Assembly: GCA_964447525.1 (NCBI GenBank)
Contig: CAYUSU010000001.1
Coordinates: 26,012-90,011 of the forward strand
Length of the DNA stretch: 64,000 bases
Direction: 5' to 3'
DNA from: an uncultured archaeon
GTDB taxonomy: Archaea > Aenigmatarchaeota > Aenigmatarchaeia > QMZP01 > QMZT01
The notes under the pieces are model-generated. The model was not told the origin of the DNA and searched no databases. It was given only the letters and a program-made list of their open reading frames with translations. Made by a program: the position numbers and the translations under genes. Positions 9,801 through 17,276 of the stretch are shown here, piece by piece. Each line of letters starts with the position of its first letter. Position 1 is the stretch's first letter.

Positions 9801-11182
9801 CCGGTCGTATTCAGTATGGCGTCAAGGAATGCTTTGTTTGATTTCTGGACTATCTTATATCTCCTTTCGTGACAGTCACCCCAAGGATCGCAGATATCCG
9901 GTTCAGCGCAGTTTATATCCACATCACACGAGTCCATGCTTCCCGTTCTGTCTGTTATCAGAACAACATCCGCTTTCTGTCCAAGACCGAAAAGATAGCT
10001 AAGATTCGCCGTACCCAACCTTATCGGAACCGTCCTGTTGCTGATATAATCGATATGTTCTAATCCGGTACCTGAAAAAATGGAAGAATTTATGAAAGAG
10101 TCGTTTATCAATATTTTTTGCTCGCTGGTGTTGGAATCGCTGTGTAATGTCACGTTTCCCATCGTGAAATAAACTGGATAATTACTCTTATAATGAAGAT
10201 ATGCTGAAATATTGTTGAGTGTCCCGGGAACGTGGAAAGATGAATACAGATTTATTAACCCTTCTATTCCAGGAAACCAGTATTTATCGGCGCTCGTGTT
10301 TCCGGTATAAAGGAATCCTGTGAGTTCTGATGTTGTGTAGGTAAATTTTATGTACCCACCCCCTATTGATGAATTTTCGATCATGGTGAAATTGATTTCA
10401 ATTGTGTTTTTCCCCCCAGAGAAGAGAGAGCATATCCCGGGATTAAACGTTGAAGAGCAGACATTCCATTTATCCGCTGAAAAATTACCCTTGGTCTTGT
10501 TGTATGTGCCTGCGGAAATATTGTTGATATGCAGTGAAAAATTATTTCCTACGTTCATTTCCATGTAGACGAACGATACATTCGCATCTGCGGGAAGATC
10601 TATGAATCTCGTTATGTTCCCCTCTCCGACATAACCCCCAAAATAGAGGAAATCGGAAGTCGTCTTTTTTGCCTTGGAAAGATAAACCTTTGCCATGTAA
10701 CCGTCCACTGGTTTCGTTTTCTCGTATCCGGAAACAATAGTGGTCAGCCTTGCGAGGAAGTTATTGACCGGTTGTGTGGATGAATTATATATATTTTCCC
10801 CTCCGAACACGATCTCGTATTCGTGACCAGTTTCGTTCAGTAATGCGTCAAGAATATCTTTCGTTATGTTCCCGGCCTCGGAAACATTTCCTGACGTCCA
10901 AAGCGAACCTATCACGTCCAGTATGGTTCTTCCCATATCATCCTGTTCCAAAACACCTGTTGCGATGTAGTTTTGTATGACCGGAAGGAACTGGACGGAA
11001 GACATAGGCGTTTGTTCAAAAACATATACCAAATCCTTTCCTGTATAATAATATCTCTGGTATCTAAGATCTGGGGAAGAATACGTGTGGAGAAGTGAAA
11101 CCAGGAAAAAACCTACGAGAATCAGTATTGAAACAGCGAATACAGCGTCCATCGAAAGCAGGAAACCCCTATAACCCCTCAT
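6881..11182 (-). CDS. Large vWA-domain surface protein with class III (pilin-like) signal peptide; putative pilus adhesin
   Basis: N-term MRGYRG|FLLSMDAVFAVSILILV; MIDAS-like VLITDRTGSM; AMLVMSDGHAN...IYSVAFG; many NxS/T sequons and Cys pairs. Confidence 0.75.
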   Translation of the reverse strand: MRGYRGFLLSMDAVFAVSILILVGFFLVSLLHTYSSPDLRYQRYYYTGKDLVYVFEQTPMSSVQFLPVIQNYIATGVLEQDDMGRTILDVIGSLWTSGNVSEAGNITKDILDALLNETGHEYEIVFGGENIYNSSTQPVNNFLARLTTIVSGYEKTKPVDGYMAKVYLSKAKKTTSDFLYFGGYVGEGNITRFIDLPADANVSFVYMEMNVGNNFSLHINNISAGTYNKTKGNFSADKWNVCSSTFNPGICSLFSGGKNTIEINFTMIENSSIGGGYIKFTYTTSELTGFLYTGNTSADKYWFPGIEGLINLYSSFHVPGTLNNISAYLHYKSNYPVYFTMGNVTLHSDSNTSEQKILINDSFINSSIFSGTGLEHIDYISNRTVPIRLGTANLSYLFGLGQKADVVLITDRTGSMDSCDVDINCAEPDICDPWGDCHERRYKIVQKSNKAFLDAILNTTGNRVGMIGYGKRASPVCSFRDMTDDNESLRTRIDDYANEWCGWTCVSCGVESATKLVMETQTLHGTNMTSEVNTTWYDIGDDYGGKPRSADVNVNITFDQQKIVKARLSVFGRDIDAGNKNYKNCVYLNGRYLGRMCYPAEDNSDGYHDCIFDLKQDWLNQGINTVTLTSGTTIDCNEIGGSHDDWNFKDVRITLWELQNLTRNVTEFSDNQETYINYPGGFLIKNYIDMWELATDLPYPIDFTSGLNWTFTTFGPGAGDDGWDWDLQNGVGPYGWDDNVDYAPVTGGKLELDMRTGSPSRNRCSDYDCSGAYGIEVNITDDVYSSILAGDWVYFSMDYEWDGNDNPFEGSDQVWIKGRWYSPTSGYHYLGSDLDTGDDGSDGDEEIDTRDNPDDDFSGNFYQNLTQWIEGPGLYYLDIGGKILGTESSEWGYFRFDDISIGLTNSSYYAPPTNYMINVTMDMEINTSRLKAARIVFEANNVDPYYYNCVYLNDYFVGRIRHQEWNGTNIWQNVTFDLPTFWLNEGGNNITFTAGTMEDAGTSIDGGCKRPGSDNYWSFRNVMITTTESNESFPYDRFKAMLVMSDGHANTRIGDCNNCQDGASTPSQEAIDKACEAHNKYNISIYSVAFGSGADTDTLRDIACCDNCSNFYVSDDSDELVEIYEKIAKDILEIAFKAQAVVITGDVETNNTLYPDSYISYEYTPISEPLSYGEITLTYESTRLENSTGNATITDNATGTKEGWFFIQNNTRILDSKITAYSSYYWADRLWINSSNTPNQNWTNVYWLGNFSGNYEDIGDPYIINIPVNLLTPGGNNSVRIGTGLGPTNGTGGSPDSRVIYTLGITGIGLQGYSDVFHKLKGSTVTIYYDNNGDNSPDGSTSVQIGPYPSDVFDPQNDSIDDAFMRLMDMLDFINDQNPDTYGSGTVVDPYDAVNQSNPIDLEITHEVSFVSEYISQIPSLWGPSELEIRIWG

Positions 11183-11279
11183 AAAATTATATTTGAATCT
11201 CTGTATAAAATGGTTTTTCGCCAGTTCCCGGTTATTTTTAAAGATTTATAGCAAATTACTAAATATTAAAGGTGATACG

Positions 11280-11882
11280 ATGGACTTCAGAAAATTTATA
11301 AAATCGACTTTCGGAAAGGATGTCTTTTCGATCAGCGAGGACGATATAATCAAGGAAAGGGTCCGGGTAGAGAAACAAGTGGAGAACATATCGGACGACA
11401 TCAAGAACATACAGGAAAAGATACAGAAGCTGATGATCGAATCAAAGGGCCAGCCTTCCACCTTGAAAATGCTGAATGTGCAGAAAATCAAGGCTCTCCG
11501 GCTTGAATCCAGAACCAAGCAGATGGAGGCGAATCACTTCATCCAGCAGATGCAGGTTCTTCTTCTTGTGGAGGCCATGAAGCAGAGGGAAAAGGGAGAC
11601 AAAGAATCCAAGATAACCGACGAAATTCTCAACTCTGACATGGACAAACTCAGTGCAGTCCTTCTTGTCACCGACGTCAGGGAGGCCCTTAAAGAGGGAA
11701 GGATTGATCTGGTCAAGGACAAGCTTGGAAGGGTTTTCGGGAAGGAACAACTTTTGGTCGACGACGAATCCCAGGAACTGATGAGCGCAATAGATGATCT
11801 GGAGAAGGTCGATGAGCAGACGGCGATCAAGATGGCCGGTCAGAAGGCAAAGGAACTGGCCGACGAGAGGGTTGACGAATAA
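11280..11882 (+). CDS. Snf7/ESCRT-III (PspA superfamily)-like helical protein
   Basis: ATG 11280 after SD GGTGA; 200 aa all-alpha; long N-terminal helical hairpin with short G-P turn; acidic C-terminal half; Vps4-like ATPase nearby. Confidence 0.6.
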   Translation: MDFRKFIKSTFGKDVFSISEDDIIKERVRVEKQVENISDDIKNIQEKIQKLMIESKGQPSTLKMLNVQKIKALRLESRTKQMEANHFIQQMQVLLLVEAMKQREKGDKESKITDEILNSDMDKLSAVLLVTDVREALKEGRIDLVKDKLGRVFGKEQLLVDDESQELMSAIDDLEKVDEQTAIKMAGQKAKELADERVDE

Positions 11883-11935
11883 GACCTTCCCAATTCCATT
11901 ATTTTTGATTTTTTTCAGATATTTCAGTCTTGTTA

Positions 11936-12356
11936 TTATAAGTTGAAATAATCTTTGATCATTTTCTTGAAACTTTCGTGGCCTGTCTCAAAGTCATCTG
12001 ACATGAATTCTTCCGGTGTTACCCATTTGTGTTCTGTGAGATTTTCCTCTTCATCCACATTTTTTTGTCATATCTATTTCACCGGAAACGTGTTCGCAGA
12101 GGAATGTGGTTATAACAACCTGATCACCATCGTTTTCCCTGAAAAAATACCAATTACCGACAAGTTTCAATACATCCACATCCAGATCAGTCTCTTCTTT
12201 GAATTCCCTCATCAGACAAGACTTGGGATCGCTTCCGTATTTTATCCTTCCACCCGGAAGATCCCATACCGAAAAACCAGAAAGCTTTTGTTTAACTATT
12301 AGGAATTTTCCGTCTTTCATCAGAATTCCCTTTACCGCGGCCTGAACGTTTGTCAT
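11936..12356 (-). pseudogene. NUDIX hydrolase, frameshifted in an A7 run
   Basis: Nudix box (WDLPGGRIKYGSDPKSCLMREFKEETDL). The frame stops at 12051; removing one A from the run at 12060-12066 gives ...MTKNVDEEENLTEHKWVTPEEFMSDDFETGHESFKKMIKDYFNL*, ending at 11936. Confidence 0.75.
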
Positions 12357-12413
12357 TTTATTGAATTAGAGTGCAGTTTTTAAAATCTTTGATCAAATTA
12401 TAAACAGGTTATT

Positions 12414-13538
12414 ATGGGAGAAATAAGAGAATCGGTCCTGAAACAGCAGCTCCAGAAGGAGATGGATGAAGCAAAAAAGCTGGATTCCAAGGGCAAGGGA
12501 AAGCAGGCAGCAGTCCATTACCAGAATGCAGCAAACATTTACAGGAGGCTGGCTTACATAGCTCCCAGAGATTATGCAGAGAACTTCTTCACAAATGCTT
12601 CCCAGTATGAGAGTCTTGGTAATATACTGAAAACCACTACCCCGTACACTAGGGCGGAATCCACTGAAATGATCGAGACTATGATAATATCCGAGAAACC
12701 CAAGATAAAATGGGAGGAAATAGGCGGCCTGAGTGAGGTGAAGTCGACGATAAAGGAAGCTATTGTTCTCCCATTCATAAACAACAAGCCGGATTTTGTG
12801 GAAGCTCCCAAAGCCATCCTACTTTACGGTCCGCCCGGAACCGGGAAGACGCTTCTTGCTAAAGCCGCAACTAACACGCTGGAAGCGACGTTTTTCGAGG
12901 CAAGAACATCTACGCTACTTTCGAAATACTTTGGCGAGAGCAGCAAAATAATATCAATGCTTTTTTCAAAGGCGAAAGAGAAACAACCATCGGTAATATT
13001 CATGGACGAATTCGATAGCATAATGGTCAGCAGGGACAAAGATATGAATGAAAGCACCCGTCGCGTGGTCGGGCAGCTTCTTCAGGAGATAGAGGGATTC
13101 GCTTCTACGAGTGATGACAAGATAATACTGATAGCCGCAACCAACAAACCATGGGACTTGGACGATGCAATGATATCGAGATTCCAGAGAAAGATATATG
13201 TTCCTCTGCCGGATCAGGAAGCAAGAAAAGCAATAATAGAGATACACATGAAAGGGGTAACACTCGAAGGGATGACCATCGGTTCACTTTCCGAAAGGAC
13301 GGATGGTTTCTCTGGCAGAGATATAGCGAATCTTTGCAGGGAAGCGGTAATGATAATGATAAGGGAAAAGAACCCGAAGCTTGAGGAATTGACTTCGACG
13401 CAGATAGAGAAATACACAATGAGTCATCGGTCGCTGAACGAGAATGATTTTGAGAAAGCTTTCGAAAAAATCAGACCAAGTGTTGATCCCGATTCTATTC
13501 AGAAATATTCTGAATGGGGAAAACAAATGGGAATGTAA
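12414..13538 (+). CDS. Vps4/CdvC-like AAA+ ATPase with N-terminal MIT-like domain
   Basis: MIT-like AKKLDSKGKGKQAAVHYQNAANIY; GPPGTGKT; pore loop SKYFGESSK; FMDEFD; ESTRRV; AATNKPWDLD..ISRFQRKIYVPLPD; Vps4-type C-terminal RPSVDPDSIQKYSEWGKQMG. Confidence 0.85.
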   Translation: MGEIRESVLKQQLQKEMDEAKKLDSKGKGKQAAVHYQNAANIYRRLAYIAPRDYAENFFTNASQYESLGNILKTTTPYTRAESTEMIETMIISEKPKIKWEEIGGLSEVKSTIKEAIVLPFINNKPDFVEAPKAILLYGPPGTGKTLLAKAATNTLEATFFEARTSTLLSKYFGESSKIISMLFSKAKEKQPSVIFMDEFDSIMVSRDKDMNESTRRVVGQLLQEIEGFASTSDDKIILIAATNKPWDLDDAMISRFQRKIYVPLPDQEARKAIIEIHMKGVTLEGMTIGSLSERTDGFSGRDIANLCREAVMIMIREKNPKLEELTSTQIEKYTMSHRSLNENDFEKAFEKIRPSVDPDSIQKYSEWGKQMGM

Positions 13539-13541
13539 ATT

Positions 13542-15290
13542 ATGAATATTTTTGAGGTAATGGAAGAAGAGAAAAAATACTTTGATAAAGACAAACTTCA
13601 ACACCATCTCGATGATCTTCTGAAAAAGATAAAAAAATCCAGAAGAGATGAAACATTCGAAAGATCAGCCATTCTTTTTTGCGAAGCGGCCAATATTGCT
13701 CATCTTTTGGGAGATTCGAGAGCAACAGAATTCTATATGAGCTCCGCTCAGGAGAATCTCAAAACCAAAAACATATACAACGCAGCATGGGCTTACAGGA
13801 ACGCTGCGCTGGTTTCTTTCGAAAACGGTGATTATACCAATGCAATTTCATTCTCGCAAAAATCGGTAGAACTATTCGAAAAATCTCATACGCAATATGG
13901 ACTTGAATGGTGCTTCAAACTTATTGGGGAATCATTCGAAAAGAGCGGTAAAACAGGGGAAGCAATAAAATACTATAACAAATCCCTTGAAATACAAAAA
14001 GACGAGGAAATCGAAGAAAAGATCAAACACCTCATGAAAAAAACACCTGAAATTTCAGTTAGTCATAATTCTGATAAAGATTCAGTCAAGAAAAACGGAA
14101 ATGCCGAATTCCGGCTGGAAATCAGGAACCTTTCTAATGATATCATAAAGGAAATAAAAGCAGTGGGAGCCGATTCTAAAATAATAGATTCGTTCCAGAA
14201 TCTGGGTCCTAACGAGATACACATTTTCAAAAAAACAGTAAAGACCGGCAATAATTCCGCCTCTTCACCGTTCCATCTGGTAGAATGGGATACCGTTCAG
14301 GGAGATAGATTCGAAAGAGAGATTGAACCAATCGAGCTGAAGATCAAACCAAATATCGGAATGAACGCTTATTTCCGCGAGAAACCGCAAGTCGGTAAGC
14401 AGTCTTTTTTCGTTGTGTTTGTGAGGAACGACTCCGGTTCCGATATAACGAATGTTCGCCTTCGTATGGATTTCCCGGTTGAAGTCAAGGTGAAACCAGT
14501 TACCGGGTACACTTTCGAAAAAATTCAGATCGGTGAGGAGAAAGGATTCGTTTTCAAGATCCTTCCCACCGCTCTGGAAAAGGTAACCCTGAAACCTTCC
14601 GTGACCTACGATTATAATGGGAAGAGTTTTGACGAGACGATGGAACCATTTTCGATGAATGATACACTCGAATTACCGGAAGATAAAACCATTTCCAATG
14701 ATACTTCCAAAATACTTGACAACACAATGCTTGAAAAAATGAATGATATCCGCGAGGAGAAGAGATTCATTAATTCCAGATTTGAACCTTTTCAGATGAA
14801 TGAAATAGAGTTCATAGAATCTCAAAAGGAAATGGCATCCGTTAACAAGGGATTTTCACTAAAAAATACTAGTATTAATGAGACATTCTCTTTGATAAAG
14901 GAAGAACTGAAGGACCTTCATATAGTATCGGAAAGAGAGAATGAAAATTCCTCTTTGTTGTGTTATTCATGCAAGACCAGAGGAGAAGGGGAGAAATATC
15001 TACTTAAAATTGTTATCAAAGATGAGAAAAATATAGTGTTCGTTGTTTCAAGAATGTATTCGGACAAAGATGATGGTCTGGATGATTTGCTTTCGAAAAT
15101 ATCCAACATACTGGAACATACGATAACTGCAATGACCTTCGCAACCGAAGTTCAGAACGTTGAGGTCAATGAGACAATAAATATCATAGACTCCGTTGTA
15201 CAACGATCAAAGATAGGTGGGGATGAAGATAAAACGGAAAATAAAAAAATAAAATTAAAGGATTCGGTGGTACAGAAGACCGATCTGTGA
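13542..15290 (+). CDS. Multidomain protein: TPR/alpha-SNAP-like repeats + two Ig-like domains + alpha/beta platform-like domain
   Basis: TPR-type helices (AAWAYRNAALVSFENGDYTNAISFSQKSVELF; IGESFEKSGKTGEAIKYYNKSLEI); Ig-like FRLEIRN and FVVFVRNDSG..ITNVRL; 3 bp downstream of the ATPase; no signal peptide or TM. Confidence 0.7.
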   Translation: MNIFEVMEEEKKYFDKDKLQHHLDDLLKKIKKSRRDETFERSAILFCEAANIAHLLGDSRATEFYMSSAQENLKTKNIYNAAWAYRNAALVSFENGDYTNAISFSQKSVELFEKSHTQYGLEWCFKLIGESFEKSGKTGEAIKYYNKSLEIQKDEEIEEKIKHLMKKTPEISVSHNSDKDSVKKNGNAEFRLEIRNLSNDIIKEIKAVGADSKIIDSFQNLGPNEIHIFKKTVKTGNNSASSPFHLVEWDTVQGDRFEREIEPIELKIKPNIGMNAYFREKPQVGKQSFFVVFVRNDSGSDITNVRLRMDFPVEVKVKPVTGYTFEKIQIGEEKGFVFKILPTALEKVTLKPSVTYDYNGKSFDETMEPFSMNDTLELPEDKTISNDTSKILDNTMLEKMNDIREEKRFINSRFEPFQMNEIEFIESQKEMASVNKGFSLKNTSINETFSLIKEELKDLHIVSERENENSSLLCYSCKTRGEGEKYLLKIVIKDEKNIVFVVSRMYSDKDDGLDDLLSKISNILEHTITAMTFATEVQNVEVNETINIIDSVVQRSKIGGDEDKTENKKIKLKDSVVQKTDL

Positions 15291-15291
15291 C

Positions 15292-15558
15292 CTATTTCTT
15301 TTTCTTCTTGGGCTTTTCTGGTTCCTCTTCGAATTCCTTGCTCATTTTTAGTTCGTCGGCCTCTAGCCATACCACTAGCAATCCCACCAGTATAAGGAGT
15401 ATTGGGATTATTCCCGTGAGCACTATTACAAAGTTATCCAGCCAGTTGATACCGAGGGTTCCCGCGGTTCCTGTTATTGGATATACTGAGTCAACGAAGA
15501 GCCCTAACCCGATCAAAACCAGGATAAGCCCGACAATAATTTTTATTGCTGCATGCAT
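15292..15558 (-). CDS. Small two-TM membrane protein with charged tail
   Basis: Two hydrophobic segments, WLEADELK, Lys-rich tail; GGTGA SD upstream. Confidence 0.75.
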   Translation of the reverse strand: MHAAIKIIVGLILVLIGLGLFVDSVYPITGTAGTLGINWLDNFVIVLTGIIPILLILVGLLVVWLEADELKMSKEFEEEPEKPKKKKK

Positions 15559-15579
15559 GTTTTTTCACCTATTTTGATA

Positions 15580-15608
15580 GACTACTTGTTTTTATATTAT
15601 AAGTAGTC
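15580..15608. promoter_or_regulatory. 8-bp inverted repeat flanking a TATA-like element in a divergent promoter region
   Basis: GACTACTT-N13(includes TTTATA)-AAGTAGTC. Confidence 0.3.
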
Positions 15609-15688
15609 AATTTCTTATAATTGATATAAAACTTTTAACTTTAAATTTATATACTTTATAATTCGTAAATAATTAATTCGGTGAAAAA

Positions 15689-16183
15689 ATGATAAAGGCA
15701 ACAAACATTGTGAAGAGAAAATCAGTCACTCCGAAACTCGTGGAGTGGAGGAAGCAAAAAGTAGTGGAAAGAATAGAGAGACCAACTCGTTTAGCCAGAG
15801 CGCATGCACTTGGATACAAAGCCAAACAAGGATTCGTTGTCGTAAGGGCAAGAATAAACAAAGGTGGAAGAAAACGTCCTATGCCAGCCGGCGGAAGAGG
15901 TCCAAAGAAATCAGGAAGATTCTTTTCCACCGGAAAATCCAAGAAGTTAATGGTAGAAGAAAAAGCTGCCAGGAAGTTTCCTAACATGGAGTTGCTGAAT
16001 TCTTATTATGTAGGAGAGGATGGAAAACACCAGTGGTACGAGTGCATACTTATTGATCCCAGTCACCCGTCCATTTCCAAATCCAAAGAAACCCGATGGC
16101 TTACCAGCGGGAAGCATACCGGAAGGGTTTATAGGGGAAGAACATCCGCCGGTAAGAAATCCAGGGGACTGTTGAAGAAGTAA
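15689..16183 (+). CDS. rpl15e: 50S ribosomal protein L15e
   Basis: RIERPTRLARAHALGYKAKQG, LNSYYVGEDG, GRVYRGRTSAGKKSRGL. Confidence 0.97.
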   Translation: MIKATNIVKRKSVTPKLVEWRKQKVVERIERPTRLARAHALGYKAKQGFVVVRARINKGGRKRPMPAGGRGPKKSGRFFSTGKSKKLMVEEKAARKFPNMELLNSYYVGEDGKHQWYECILIDPSHPSISKSKETRWLTSGKHTGRVYRGRTSAGKKSRGLLKK

Positions 16184-16242
16184 TTTATACTGATTCTCGG
16201 AAATAGAATTATAAACATAGTTATAATAATAAAGAGATAAGC

Positions 16243-16926
16243 ATGAAAATAGTCTTTGATGTTGGGGGATCGATACTCTGCCCCAAAGGGGTACCGAACG
16301 AAGAGATTATCAAGCTTTATTCTGAATTTTTGCTTTCGCTCGTCGCCGAAGGTCACGAGATTGTTGTGGTGGTAGGTGGCGGTAAGCTCGCAAAGAAATA
16401 CATATCAATTGCGGAAAATTTCTCAGATGAAAGAGAATTCCTTGACAATATCGGTATACAGAGTACAATACTCAATGCGATGGTTTTGATTTCTTCACTT
16501 GGAGAACATGTGAACAAAAAGGTACCAACCAGTACACGTGATCTGAAAAAAGCCATAGGAACGAAGAAAATCGTTGTAATGGGAGGACTGAAGCCGAAAC
16601 AGACCACGGATGCAGTGGCTGTTCAGGCGGCGGAGGTTTTGGGGGCGAATATGATAATAATAGGAACGGATGTTAACGGGATATATGACAAGGACCCGAA
16701 ACACCATTACAAGACAAAAATATTCATAAAAATAACCCCTCACCAGATATCCAAGATAATAGAGAAGGAGAGATTCACCCCGGGCCATTCTGCAGTAATA
16801 GATCCTGTTGCAGTGAAACTTCTCGACAAGAACAAAATAAAGACACTGGTTCTTAACGGGAAAGACATAGAAAACATACGTAACGCCATAAAAGGGAAGG
16901 AATTTTTAGGAACGACAGTAGAGTGA
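16243..16926 (+). CDS. pyrH: Uridylate kinase (archaeal type)
   Basis: VGGS, VVVGGG, LDNIGI, MGGLKPKQTTDAVA, TDVNGIYDKDP, IDPVA, GTTV. Confidence 0.92.
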   Translation: MKIVFDVGGSILCPKGVPNEEIIKLYSEFLLSLVAEGHEIVVVVGGGKLAKKYISIAENFSDEREFLDNIGIQSTILNAMVLISSLGEHVNKKVPTSTRDLKKAIGTKKIVVMGGLKPKQTTDAVAVQAAEVLGANMIIIGTDVNGIYDKDPKHHYKTKIFIKITPHQISKIIEKERFTPGHSAVIDPVAVKLLDKNKIKTLVLNGKDIENIRNAIKGKEFLGTTVE

Positions 16927-16930
16927 TATA

Positions 16931-17254
16931 ATGTATGTTGTGGTTCTTATAACTTGCCCTGATCGGGAAAGCGCCGAAAAGATATCAGACGTCATCCTTG
17001 AACAAAGACTTGCCGCATGCGTTAACATAACCGGTGATATAAAATCTTTTTTCTGGTGGGGAAAACACATGAAGAAGATACACTCCGCGAAAGAGGTGAT
17101 GATGTTTGTCAAGACGAGACAATCCCTTCTTAAAAAACTGATAAGGGAAGTCAAAAAGACCCATCCTTATTCCGTCCCAGAAATAATCGCCATTCCTGTT
17201 GTTGGCGGGTCAAAGGAGTATATGCAATGGATTGATGAGGAAACAAGAAATTAA
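16931..17254 (+). CDS. cutA: Divalent-cation tolerance protein CutA
   Basis: RLAACVNI, SFFWWG, HPYSVPEIIA. Confidence 0.95.
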   Translation: MYVVVLITCPDRESAEKISDVILEQRLAACVNITGDIKSFFWWGKHMKKIHSAKEVMMFVKTRQSLLKKLIREVKKTHPYSVPEIIAIPVVGGSKEYMQWIDEETRN

Positions 17255-17276
17255 TAGATTCAAAAGAATTATTATT

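Noticed and set aside
12414..13538. Cdc48, PAN or FtsH
   Set aside because: Single AAA module with MIT-like N-terminus and Vps4-type C-terminal helix; no OB/coiled-coil N-domain, HbYX tail or protease domain
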